DNA of 64,000 nucleotides from Desulfomonilia bacterium (GTDB lineage: Bacteria; Desulfobacterota; Desulfomonilia; UBA1062), in contig CAXXDQ010000003.1 in the NCBI GenBank assembly GCA_963664325.2, positions 928,001 through 992,000 on the forward strand, in the 5' to 3' direction. Under the pieces are notes generated by a model. The model worked only from the letters and a program-made list of their open reading frames with translations. It did not search any database and was not told the DNA's origin. Positions within the stretch are counted from its first letter, which is position 1; the number at the start of each line of letters is the position of its first letter. The translations under genes were made by a program, and so were the position numbers. This document shows positions 9,373 to 18,655 of the stretch, piece after piece.

Positions 9373-10380
9373 ATGAGGAAAGTTCTTGTAACGGGAGCAA
9401 CCGGGTTTATCGGCAGCCATATAGTTGACGCATGCCTCAGAAATGGGGATGCGATTGCCGCATTTGTCATGCACGGTGATAAGGATGAGGCGGTACTTTC
9501 AGGCAAAGGGGTGGAAATCTGCCATGGGGACATGAGGGAATATGGGACATTGGAGAAGGCCTGCGCCGGAAGGGATGTAATCTTTCACTGTGCCGCAGTT
9601 GCCACCGACTGGGCGGGAAAAGAGATGTTCGTGGATGTGACCGTGGGCGGTATGGAAAACATCTGCAGGGCCGCGCTTAAAGCCGGTGTGAGAAGGTTCA
9701 TAGACATAAGCACCAGTGATGTGTTCGGATTCCGTGAAGATGTCATGATAGATGAAACCCTGCCGCTTTCTTTCTGGAACGAACCGTATCCTGATTCGAA
9801 AATCAGGGCCGAGGAGATTGCATGGCGCTACCACAAAGAGCATGGTCTGCCTGTGAGCATGGTTTATCCCCTGTGGGTTTACGGACCCGGTGACAGGACG
9901 TTCGTCCCTCTTCTGGCGGACGCCATCATGAAAAAGGATATGATATTCTGGCAGAGGGGTGCAATTGTGTGGCCCACCTACATTGGAAATCTCATGGATC
10001 TGCTCATGATTATATCTGAAGACAGCAGGGCTGTCGGGAACGGCTATCTCGTTCATGACGGAGAATCGACCACCCTTGAAGAGTTCTGTGCGGGAATTGC
10101 ACAAGCCCTCGGTGTTGCCGGGATAAATACTTATATACCTTATTTTGCCGCCTATGCCGCTGCCTTCGTAATGGAGGCCTTCTGGAAGCTCTTTAAAATT
10201 AGAACACGTCCCCTGCTGACGACTTATACGGTGAAAAACCTTGGTTCAAAGATGAGATTTTCAATTGACAAGGCCTCACGCGAACTCGGATGGAAGCCGA
10301 AAATAACTTATCGCCAGGGATTCGATATGACCATGGACTGGCTGAAAACCCTTGACCTGTCACAGCTTAAACAGAAGTAG
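9373..10380 (+). CDS. NAD-dependent epimerase / 3-beta-hydroxysteroid-dehydrogenase-like extended SDR
   Basis: TGATGFIG, HCAA, YPDSK (YxxxK) and VYGPGD. Confidence 0.85.
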   Translation: MRKVLVTGATGFIGSHIVDACLRNGDAIAAFVMHGDKDEAVLSGKGVEICHGDMREYGTLEKACAGRDVIFHCAAVATDWAGKEMFVDVTVGGMENICRAALKAGVRRFIDISTSDVFGFREDVMIDETLPLSFWNEPYPDSKIRAEEIAWRYHKEHGLPVSMVYPLWVYGPGDRTFVPLLADAIMKKDMIFWQRGAIVWPTYIGNLMDLLMIISEDSRAVGNGYLVHDGESTTLEEFCAGIAQALGVAGINTYIPYFAAYAAAFVMEAFWKLFKIRTRPLLTTYTVKNLGSKMRFSIDKASRELGWKPKITYRQGFDMTMDWLKTLDLSQLKQK

Positions 10381-10445
10381 AAAATTATTTTATTTTATGA
10401 TTAAGATTTAACGGTCAATCTATTATTTTAAATTACGGAGGTAGT

Positions 10446-10958
10446 ATGAAGAAAGTTATCATGCTCTGCCTGACAATTGTTGCTCTTAATTCTTCCTCAG
10501 CCTGGGCCGATGATGAATGGGCCCATAACTGCATGTATGTAGAAACATTCGGGCAGGGAATCCTGTACTCACTGAATTATGAATACATGTTCCTTCCCAA
10601 CATGAGCGGCAGGATAGGCTTCACAGCCTGGCAGTCAACCTATTTCCTTTTTTCAAACATATCGACCACACAGTTTATTGGCGGGCCGATCATGGCCAAT
10701 TACTTTATCGGCAATGATGAACATCACCTGGAATTGGGTTTGGGTGTTTTAACTGGAAATGTAAAAACAGACAGGGATGAAACAATCTTCGGAAAAGATG
10801 TGAACGGGAATGAATGGGTTACTGTCGGAACTTTCACGACAGGATACAGGTACCAGCCTAAAAAAGGCGGTTTTCTGTTCAAAATTGCATTGACCCCTTT
10901 GTTCAACACGCACTCGTTTGAGTGGAACACCGGCATGTCTATCGGAGGCGCATTCTGA
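10446..10958 (+). CDS. Small outer-membrane beta-barrel-like hypothetical protein
   Basis: Signal peptide ending AWA, amphipathic beta-strand pattern, GYRYQP and a terminal Phe. Confidence 0.6.
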   Translation: MKKVIMLCLTIVALNSSSAWADDEWAHNCMYVETFGQGILYSLNYEYMFLPNMSGRIGFTAWQSTYFLFSNISTTQFIGGPIMANYFIGNDEHHLELGLGVLTGNVKTDRDETIFGKDVNGNEWVTVGTFTTGYRYQPKKGGFLFKIALTPLFNTHSFEWNTGMSIGGAF

Positions 10959-11136
10959 AGTACGATGAGACCGCCTGAAAACCCGGCGGCCTGTTTCTCT
11001 CGGCGTTTGATAGCGTTTTCCGGCTGAAAAATAGCACATGAATGAAACAGGACACAGGCATATCGGAGCAACTTTCTGTATGGACAGTTTGCAATTAACG
11101 GTCTGCGGACCGGCCCTCTAAATTGAAGTCATCAAA

Positions 11137-11532
11137 TCACTTTGATAATTTCAGATAGACCGCAATTCCGAATCCAACACACCATATATTGATAAACCCG
11201 TTAAGGATCATATCCATTCTCGATACAAGATAAACTCCGTTCTGGATATTAAAGCTGAAGTCAAGCAGTCCGAGGAAAACGAGTGCACCCGAACAAGCCA
11301 GAGAGAGGGTCATTCCCGAATTGCTCCCTTTCAAGAGAAGGATTCCGCCGGCAAGCATGGCAACTGCCGTAATTATATCAGGCAAGGGGAATGAATGCTC
11401 ATATGCGAAATAGCATTGAGGAGGATTTGCAGGCGCAAGGCCTATTGTGAAAAAACCTATCCAGAAAAGAATAAAGCCGATTGCCGTGATAAGTTCAAGA
11501 TATGCTACAGTTTTGAATTTGCCTGTTTCCAT
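11137..11532 (-). CDS. Four-TM membrane protein of unknown function
   Basis: Four hydrophobic segments, YEHSFPLPD motif, GGAGG RBS. Confidence 0.7.
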   Translation of the reverse strand: METGKFKTVAYLELITAIGFILFWIGFFTIGLAPANPPQCYFAYEHSFPLPDIITAVAMLAGGILLLKGSNSGMTLSLACSGALVFLGLLDFSFNIQNGVYLVSRMDMILNGFINIWCVGFGIAVYLKLSK

Positions 11533-11663
11533 TATTGCCTCCTCTGAAATGCCATGAAAAACATGAATGCCGTAACATTGATTATTAATTCTAGTTATTT
11601 GATTGGAACTGTCAATCTTTTATATATTCTGATCCTGTGAAAATAATCTGGCGGGGTGGGGAT

Positions 11664-12833
11664 ATGCCTGAAGATTCAAATGCTGTTGAACCTCTTATAA
11701 ATGATCAGTTTGCTGGTGAACCGAGCAAGAGAGCCCTTTCCTACATCCAGTCAAAGAGAGAAAAGGGCAGGCATGTGATAGGCACTTACTGCGGTTTCGC
11801 GCCGCTGGAACTCATCAGGGCCATGGGTGCGGTCCCTGCCGTCTTATGCGCCTTTTCAAACAAAATGATTGATGCCGCGGAATCGGTCTTGCCTTCAAAT
11901 CTCTGCCCGCTTATAAAATCCAGCTACGGGTTCATAATATCGGATGCATGCCCCTTTTTCGGCGTATCCGAAGCCGTTGTCGCAGAAACCACATGTGACG
12001 GAAAGAAGAAGATGTTTGAGTTGATCACCGACAGAAGGCCCATGTTTGTAATGGACCTTCCGCAGATGCCCGATAATGCCGAGGCAAGAAGAAACTGGGC
12101 CCAGGTGATAAGAAACCTGAAGTCATTCTTTGAAGCCACGTTTTCGGTTAGAATTGAAGAATCTTCAATCGAGGATGCCATAAGGGATTCGAACATGAAG
12201 AATAAGGCCCTTGAAGAAATTTTCGGCTATTCAGCGATGAAGCCGTCTTATCTGAGATGGACGGAGATATATGACCTCACCTTTCTTGCACAGCCTTCAA
12301 CATATGCGGATATGAAGACGGTCCTCGATGACTGCCTCCTTAAACTTGAAACCAGGAAAAAGAGAGGGCTTGCAATAGCAGGCGATAAATCACCTCGTGT
12401 CCTGATCACGGGCTGTCCGGTCGGAGGAGATGCCCTGAAGGTCTACCGCGCGGTGGAGGAATCCGGAGGTGTTATTGTCGCCATCGATAACTGTACCGGT
12501 TTCAAAGCTTTTATGGGTATGATTGAGGAAGGAACCGGTGATCCTGTTATGGCGCTGTCGGAGCGGTATATGGATTTGCACTGCTCATGCATGTCGCCCA
12601 ATAACAGGAGGCTGAGTAAGCTTGATGAACTGATCGAGAAATACAGGCCTGACATGGTGATTGACGTGATCCTTCATGCGTGCCATTCATACAATATCGA
12701 ATCCTTCAGGGTAAGGGAGCATATGAAAGCCAAACACGGCCTGCCTTTTCTGAAGATAGAGACTGATTATTCTGAAAGCGACGTGAAACAGATAAAAACA
12801 AGGGTACAGGCCCTTATAGAGCTTATGGAGTAA
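11664..12833 (+). CDS. Double-cubane-cluster-containing reductase (2-hydroxyacyl-CoA dehydratase family, DCCP-like)
   Basis: YCGFAP, NLCPLIKSSYG, CPFF, ETTCDGKKKMFE, TGCP, NCTG, HCSCMSPN, CHSYNIE and IETDYS. Likely start is MPEDS at 11664. Confidence 0.8.
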   Translation: MPEDSNAVEPLINDQFAGEPSKRALSYIQSKREKGRHVIGTYCGFAPLELIRAMGAVPAVLCAFSNKMIDAAESVLPSNLCPLIKSSYGFIISDACPFFGVSEAVVAETTCDGKKKMFELITDRRPMFVMDLPQMPDNAEARRNWAQVIRNLKSFFEATFSVRIEESSIEDAIRDSNMKNKALEEIFGYSAMKPSYLRWTEIYDLTFLAQPSTYADMKTVLDDCLLKLETRKKRGLAIAGDKSPRVLITGCPVGGDALKVYRAVEESGGVIVAIDNCTGFKAFMGMIEEGTGDPVMALSERYMDLHCSCMSPNNRRLSKLDELIEKYRPDMVIDVILHACHSYNIESFRVREHMKAKHGLPFLKIETDYSESDVKQIKTRVQALIELME

Positions 12834-13996
12834 TGAAACAGGTGGAGACGGTTTATTTCGATAATGCGGCAACCTCATGGCCCAAACCGGAATCCATGAT
12901 GCAGGCCATGACGGATTTCAACGCCGGCATCGGCGGCAGCCCGGGCCGGTCCGCCCACAGGATGTCCCTTGATTCCGGCAGGATCATATTTGATGCAAGG
13001 GAAAAAATGGCCGGTCTCCTGGGCTCGGAGGACCCGTTCCAGGTTGTGTTTACAAAAAATGCAACCGAGGCCCTCAATATTGCAATATCGGGCCTGTTGA
13101 AACCCGGAGATCGCTGCATCACCTCCAGCATGGAGCACAATTCCGTCATGCGGCCGTTGAGGGCATTGGAGGCATCTGGTGTTAAGTTGGATATAGTCGG
13201 TTGTTCCTCTTCAGGCACCCTTGACCCGGCACATATAGAGCGCGCGGTAAAAGCGGATACCAGGGTAATCTATTTGACACACGCTTCAAATGTTACAGGT
13301 ACGGTCATGCCTGTTGCAGAAGTCGGGCGCATCGCAAAGGAATGCGGGATAATCTTCTGCGTCGATGCTGCACAGACGGCGGGAACAGTTCCGATTGATG
13401 TCACTGGCATGGGTATCGATATCCTTGCCTTCACCGGCCACAAATCCCTGTTCGGACCTCAGGGCACCGGCGGCCTTTACATAAGAAAGGGACTGGAAAG
13501 AGCGGTTTCACCTATCATTTTCGGGGGGACCGGAAGCCGGTCCGAATATGAACTGCAGCCGGTTTTCATGCCTGACAGGTTTGAATCGGGCACACCCAAT
13601 ACAATCGGTATTGCAGGCCTAAATGCCGGAATCAGGTTTTTAGAAAAAACAGGCATCGATGTGATCAGGGAAAAAGAAAAGCACCTTGCATCAATCTTTC
13701 TCGACGGACTCAAAAAAATAAAGGGTATAAAGGTTTATGGAACACAAAGCCACTCGGACAGGATATCGGTTGTTTCCTTCAACCTGGAAAATTTAAGCCC
13801 GTCAGAGGCCTCCCTTATCCTGGATGAAAAATATTCAATAATGAACAGGCCCGGCCTTCACTGCGCACCGCAGGCACACAGGACGATAGGGACATTTCCG
13901 GCAGGTACGTTAAGGTTCAGTTTCGGGTATTTCAATACGGAAGACGAGGTTGAATACGGTTTGAAGGCATTATATGAAATAAGCCGCAGGTCTTGA
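12833..13996 (+). CDS. Class-V PLP cysteine desulfurase / selenocysteine lyase family protein
   Basis: YFDNAATSWPKP, DAAQ, FTGHKSLFGPQGTG and RPGLHCAP. TAATG overlap with the upstream gene. Confidence 0.9.
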   Translation: MKQVETVYFDNAATSWPKPESMMQAMTDFNAGIGGSPGRSAHRMSLDSGRIIFDAREKMAGLLGSEDPFQVVFTKNATEALNIAISGLLKPGDRCITSSMEHNSVMRPLRALEASGVKLDIVGCSSSGTLDPAHIERAVKADTRVIYLTHASNVTGTVMPVAEVGRIAKECGIIFCVDAAQTAGTVPIDVTGMGIDILAFTGHKSLFGPQGTGGLYIRKGLERAVSPIIFGGTGSRSEYELQPVFMPDRFESGTPNTIGIAGLNAGIRFLEKTGIDVIREKEKHLASIFLDGLKKIKGIKVYGTQSHSDRISVVSFNLENLSPSEASLILDEKYSIMNRPGLHCAPQAHRTIGTFPAGTLRFSFGYFNTEDEVEYGLKALYEISRRS

Positions 13997-14011
13997 AGGA
14001 GGCATGAAAAC

Positions 14012-14611
14012 ATGAAAAAAAATGTCGATGCGCGTGGTTTAAGCTGCCCGCAGCCTGTTGTTATGGCAAAGAAGGCACTTGAAGAGGGTGAAAATATTGT
14101 CGTCATTGTAGATAACAAGGCGGCAATGGAGAACGTGAGAAGACTCGGGGCCAAGCTCGGCTGTTCAATAGAAATAGAAAGCACCGGCGAAAATGAATTC
14201 CGCATACATTTGACCCGGGGCAATATCGACCCGGCAGCCATAACAAATGATTCTGTTACATGCAGTACATCTCCGGGTGACCTGATTGCTGTTATCTCTT
14301 CGGAAACAATGGGAAGGGGAAATGACGAACTCGGGAAGGTCCTTATGAAGGCCTTTATCCATACCCTTGTTCAGGCGGATGAGCTTCCGGCAAAGATTCT
14401 CTTTTACAATACAGGCGTCAAACTGGCTGCTGCCGGTTCCGAGGTTTTGGATGACCTTAAGAACCTGACCGATGCCGGAGTAGAGGTTCTTTTGTGCGGC
14501 ACATGCGTCAATTTCTTCAACCTGTCAGGAAATACCGGTGCGGGAAAGATCACGAACATGTTCGAGATTATGTCCGTCATGTCAACAGCAGGCAGGCTGA
14601 TTATGCCATGA
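14012..14611 (+). CDS. yedF: Sulfurtransferase-like selenium metabolism protein YedF (TusA + DsrE-like domains)
   Basis: DARGLSCPQPV (TusA), MGRGNDELGKVLM, YNTGVKL and CGTC. Confidence 0.85.
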   Translation: MKKNVDARGLSCPQPVVMAKKALEEGENIVVIVDNKAAMENVRRLGAKLGCSIEIESTGENEFRIHLTRGNIDPAAITNDSVTCSTSPGDLIAVISSETMGRGNDELGKVLMKAFIHTLVQADELPAKILFYNTGVKLAAAGSEVLDDLKNLTDAGVEVLLCGTCVNFFNLSGNTGAGKITNMFEIMSVMSTAGRLIMP

Positions 14612-14835
14612 GCGAGGCAAAGGAATTCGTCGCCCTGCTGTTCAATTCGGTCAGCCATGCCATGATGGCTGAAAAGATCCTGAAAAAAGAGGGCATTCCC
14701 CACAAGCTCATTCCGGTTCCCAGGCATATAAGCTCGGACTGTGGTGTCTGCCTGAAGATTGAATCGAAGGATGAGGAAAATATCAGGGTGTTTCTGAATT
14801 CAAAAGTCGATATATCGGGCAGGAGCATTCTCTAA
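14608..14835 (+). CDS. DUF3343 family putative Se/S carrier protein
   Basis: ATGA overlap with yedF. Sequence FNSVSHAMMAEKILK..LIPVPRHISSDCGVC. Confidence 0.85.
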   Translation: MSEAKEFVALLFNSVSHAMMAEKILKKEGIPHKLIPVPRHISSDCGVCLKIESKDEENIRVFLNSKVDISGRSIL

Positions 14836-15161
14836 CAACAAAGATGCGCTCATACTGCGATTGTGAGAACATGATACTGGATGAATTCGACCTGTAATAA
14901 ATCTGAATTTTCCAGAGATTTAAATCCTTCTGAAAGGCCAATTTGTTAAAACTTCAGACCGATTATCACTGGAGATCAAACAGGGGTTCAAAGCCGATTC
15001 CATATTCCAGGTGTTGTCATGGCATGAGAAAACATACCGTTCGTTCGGCGTATTGTACTTGACATATTACAATTCAAAGTTAATGTTTATATCATTACCT
15101 GGTGTTGAATACTAAATATTCAACAAGAAATCTGGGTATTTATATTAATGAGGGGGCTACA

Positions 15162-16325
15162 ATGAAGACATCTTTATCATTCCTGGGGCTAATCTTGTTC
15201 TCAGCCATGCTGAGCGGATGCATTGTTTCAATGACCCCAAAAAAGGACCAGACCCTGTGTCCCGGCGAGTCCATGACATTCTCGATTGTCGATGCGGCCC
15301 AGGACCCCAAGGTCTATGAATGGACCCTCGATGGAGTTCCTGTTCGCGGTGCCACAGGGACCAGCTGCACCTATTCCCCGACCGCAAACGAAGTGGGTTC
15401 GCACAAGTTGAAGGTTCAGGTCTCGTGGGATTACCGTACGTGGAACATAGAAGTCCCTAACTGTACCACATGGACCGTAGAGCCTATGGCCCTGGATTTC
15501 GGGTATATCCAGACGGAAAAGATCATCCTTGTTCATAATACGGGAGGCCTGCCCCTAACCTTATCCGCTGATCTTAAAGGCACCAGCGAGTTTGTGACCG
15601 ATGTAAATTTCCTTAATGCGCCGATCGCCCCGGGAGAAAGCCGGGAAGTCTCCGTAAAGGTGAGCCGTCAGAACCTTTCATCGGGTGCATACAGCACGTC
15701 ATTCGTACTCAAATCTGATAAGGGCAATACTGCTAGGATATTTGCCGCCATGAACGTGGGAATTGCCAAGATACTCTTCAGTGTCGATACGTCTGGAAGC
15801 ATGGCCGGTAACGATCCTCAGAACAAGCGTGTCAGTGCCGTTAAAGAGACTATCAGCAAATTTTACGATAACCAGAATATCAGCTATGGGATCATTGCTT
15901 TTAACGACAACGCCAAGATACTGACAGGCTTCACTCGTGACAGGAACCTTCTCGACTATTATGCCGATTTTCTCGGCGGCGGCAGCGGCTGGACCACCTA
16001 CCTTTCAGGAGGGGCATATTCCCCCGGTGCGCTCAATGCCATCGACCAGGTCATCAACGAAATCGAGCTCGGAACGCACTTCGCGGTTATCTTCCTCAGC
16101 GATGGAGAGCTGACTCAGGGTAACACCGGTCATGACCCGATAATAGCCAAGGTTTCATCTATAACAGCGTTCGGCAACGTCAAGTTCTACACCGTCTATC
16201 TGAACGGTAACCCCTCACCGTCAGCCCGGCAGCTCCTCAATGACATGGCCATCGCCGGGGGAACAGCCGAGACACATGTCTATACCGATCCCGAATCTCT
16301 TTCTTTCATCAAGCTTGATTTCTAG
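15162..16325 (+). CDS. Lipoprotein with Ig-like domains and a C-terminal von Willebrand A domain
   Basis: Lipobox LSGC, beta-rich Ig-like segments, MIDAS motif VDTSGS and IFLSDG. Confidence 0.75.
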   Translation: MKTSLSFLGLILFSAMLSGCIVSMTPKKDQTLCPGESMTFSIVDAAQDPKVYEWTLDGVPVRGATGTSCTYSPTANEVGSHKLKVQVSWDYRTWNIEVPNCTTWTVEPMALDFGYIQTEKIILVHNTGGLPLTLSADLKGTSEFVTDVNFLNAPIAPGESREVSVKVSRQNLSSGAYSTSFVLKSDKGNTARIFAAMNVGIAKILFSVDTSGSMAGNDPQNKRVSAVKETISKFYDNQNISYGIIAFNDNAKILTGFTRDRNLLDYYADFLGGGSGWTTYLSGGAYSPGALNAIDQVINEIELGTHFAVIFLSDGELTQGNTGHDPIIAKVSSITAFGNVKFYTVYLNGNPSPSARQLLNDMAIAGGTAETHVYTDPESLSFIKLDF

Positions 16326-16346
16326 GCATATATCAGCATAAACCAA

Positions 16347-16378
16347 GTTCCCATCCGCCTGCTATGACGGATGGGGAC
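16347..16378 (+). terminator. Hairpin after the vWA gene (possible terminator, no clear U-tract)
   Basis: GTTCCCATCCG ... CGGATGGGGAC. Confidence 0.4.
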
Positions 16379-16497
16379 ATAACTTTATCAAGACAGCGGT
16401 GTCTCCACTGTGGATAATAATACTGGTTAAAAGTTCATGGTTTTTCAAACTATTTAAGGGTTTTAAAAATAAATTTGTTAATTTTTAAGAAAAAACA

Positions 16498-16527
16498 TTG
16501 ACACCCGACCATGTTTCTATGTATAGA
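16498..16527 (+). promoter_or_regulatory. Sigma70-type promoter of the trp operon
   Basis: TTGACA (16498-16503), 18-nt spacer, TATAGA (16522-16527), with an AT-rich upstream tract. Confidence 0.6.
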
Positions 16528-16535
16528 AACAATTG

Positions 16536-16613
16536 ATGAAAAAGAATACTCTTATTGTCAGCAATGGAATCTGGTGGCCCTGGAATCATGGGGGAGGCCG
16601 GGGTATGCCCTGA
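16536..16613 (+). CDS. trpL: trp operon leader peptide (25 aa, MKKNTLIVSNGIWWPWNHGGGRGMP)
   Basis: Manual translation. Three TGG codons (WWPW) lie directly upstream of a terminator and trpE. Confidence 0.85.
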   Translation: MKKNTLIVSNGIWWPWNHGGGRGMP

Positions 16614-16636
16614 GGAGGTTGCTGATACAGCCTTAA

Positions 16637-16677
16637 AAAGGGTGGCAGGCCTCGGTGCCTGCCACCCTTTATTTTTT
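16637..16677 (+). terminator. trp attenuator terminator
   Basis: Perfect 14-bp stem AAAGGGTGGCAGGC-ctcggt-GCCTGCCACCCTTT followed by ATTTTTT, between the leader peptide and trpE. Confidence 0.88.
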
Positions 16678-16694
16678 ATAAAAGGAAAAAACTC

Positions 16695-18077
16695 ATGACA
16701 AAGAATTTAAAGATTGCAAGGGATGTAAAAGACAGAGGTGCTGTCGTAATCAAGCGGCTGACATGTGATACATTAACGCCGGTCGGGGCATATATGGCGC
16801 TGATCGGTGACGATGACGGGTTTCTATTGGAATCATTGCCGGGATCGTACAGCTTCCTTGGCCGTTTCAACCCGGAAAGCATCGTTTCGGTGCTTGAGCA
16901 TGAAGATCCCTGGTCCCTGGCGCCTACGCGCGAAATGCTCGAATTCGATTCTAACGGACTTCCTCCTTTCATTGGCGGATATCTGGGATATATCGGATAT
17001 GACATGGTGCGCGGCATCGAGGTTCTGCCCAGGCCTGCAAAAGGTTCTGGATTTCCCGATGCCATGCTGGGCAAGGTGCATACGGTTCTCATATTTGACC
17101 ACCTTGCACAGGAAATGTCGCTGCTGCATACGATTCCGGAACCGGGCATAAGCGATGTAGATGCGATAAAAAGGGCTGAGGCCGAGTTTGAAACCATTGA
17201 AGGTTCTCTTTATTCGGCCAAATCAAAACCCTTCGACATCCCTGGACCCTGCCATATCGTTGAGGCATCCATAAACGAGGCCGATTTCATTGAGGCCGTG
17301 AATAAAGCAAAACAGCATATCCTTGACGGCGATATAATCCAGGTTGTGCTTTCAAGAAGGTTAAAACTCGATGCAAAATGCGATTCTTTTGACACTTACC
17401 GAAGACTCAGGCGGATCAACCCGTCAACATACATGTTTTATATGAAGCTTGGGGAAGTCACCCTGATCGGTTCTTCACCCGAAGTGATGGTTGAACTCAA
17501 GGGTGATTCCATAATGACTTTGCCCATTGCCGGCACAAGGCCCAGAGGAACCACGGTTGAGCAGGATGAAAAGCTTGCGGCCGAACTTCTTGAGGATGAA
17601 AAAGAGCGCGCCGAACACCTGATGCTCCTTGACCTTGCAAGAAACGATGTCGGCAGGGTAGCCAGGCCAGGAACAGTCAAAGTGGATTACCAGTATAGGA
17701 TAAAATATTACTCTCATGTCATGCACATCGTTTCCTGCGTCAAAGGAAAGAAACAAAATGACATGAGCAATGTCGATGTGCTCAGGGCATGCTTCCCTGC
17801 AGGTACGGTTTCCGGCGCACCGAAGGTAAGGGCAATGGAGATAATTGACGAACTCGAGGGCATGTGCCGCGGTCCCTATGCAGGAGCGGTAGGCTACTTG
17901 TCCTATAACGGCAATATGGACACGGGCATTACGATACGGACGATATTTGTCAAAAACGGCGAATATTACCTGCAGGCTGGCGCCGGGATCGTCTGGGATT
18001 CAGTGCCTGAAAACGAGCTCAAGGAAATTGAAAACAAGCTAAGGGCCTTGAGCACTGCTCTGGGAGGCATATCATGA
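16695..18077 (+). CDS. trpE: Anthranilate synthase component I
   Basis: LLES, QVVLS, NPSTYM, GSSPE, PIAGTRPRG, KERAEHLMLLDLARND and GTVSGAPK. Confidence 0.95.
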   Translation: MTKNLKIARDVKDRGAVVIKRLTCDTLTPVGAYMALIGDDDGFLLESLPGSYSFLGRFNPESIVSVLEHEDPWSLAPTREMLEFDSNGLPPFIGGYLGYIGYDMVRGIEVLPRPAKGSGFPDAMLGKVHTVLIFDHLAQEMSLLHTIPEPGISDVDAIKRAEAEFETIEGSLYSAKSKPFDIPGPCHIVEASINEADFIEAVNKAKQHILDGDIIQVVLSRRLKLDAKCDSFDTYRRLRRINPSTYMFYMKLGEVTLIGSSPEVMVELKGDSIMTLPIAGTRPRGTTVEQDEKLAAELLEDEKERAEHLMLLDLARNDVGRVARPGTVKVDYQYRIKYYSHVMHIVSCVKGKKQNDMSNVDVLRACFPAGTVSGAPKVRAMEIIDELEGMCRGPYAGAVGYLSYNGNMDTGITIRTIFVKNGEYYLQAGAGIVWDSVPENELKEIENKLRALSTALGGIS

Positions 18078-18655
18078 TCCTGATGATAGACAACTTTGAT
18101 TCGTTTACGTTCAACATAGTCCAGGCTGCGGCGACACTCGGGGAAACAATTGTAGTGAAACGAAATAATGCCGTGAGCATTGCCGAAATCAAGGAAATGA
18201 AGCCGGAAGGCATTATCATATCTCCGGGTCCGGGGGCGCCTAAATCAGCAGGAATTTCCCTTGACGTCATCCGCAGCTTTTATGAGTACATCCCGGTTTT
18301 CGGAGTGTGCCTTGGCCACCAGTGCATATATGAAGCTTTCGGCGGACGCATCATACACTCAAAAAGCGTTATGCACGGCAAACTTTCAACAGTCATGCAT
18401 GACGGTACAGGACTTTTCAACGGCCTGCCGCAGACATTCAGGGCCGTAAGATACCATTCGCTTTCCGGGGATACATCCACGCTACCGTCCGATCTGCGGG
18501 TTTGCGCTCTTTCGGATGACGGAGAGATAATGGGAATCGCCCATAGAAAATATCCCGTTTACGGGGTGCAGTTCCATCCGGAGTCGATAGCCACTGAAAA
18601 CGGGATCGATATAATCAGGGGTTTCACGGAAATAGCACACAGGAGGGATTCATGA
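18074..18655 (+). CDS. trpG: Anthranilate synthase component II (glutamine amidotransferase)
   Basis: IDNFDSFT, SPGPG, GVCLGHQ and QFHPES. Confidence 0.95.
   Translation: MILMIDNFDSFTFNIVQAAATLGETIVVKRNNAVSIAEIKEMKPEGIIISPGPGAPKSAGISLDVIRSFYEYIPVFGVCLGHQCIYEAFGGRIIHSKSVMHGKLSTVMHDGTGLFNGLPQTFRAVRYHSLSGDTSTLPSDLRVCALSDDGEIMGIAHRKYPVYGVQFHPESIATENGIDIIRGFTEIAHRRDS

Noticed and set aside
11664-14835. Selenocysteine read-through in the Se-associated operon
   Set aside because: The motif positions are ordinary Cys codons, and the TGA codons fall at expected protein ends (one within an ATGA overlap).
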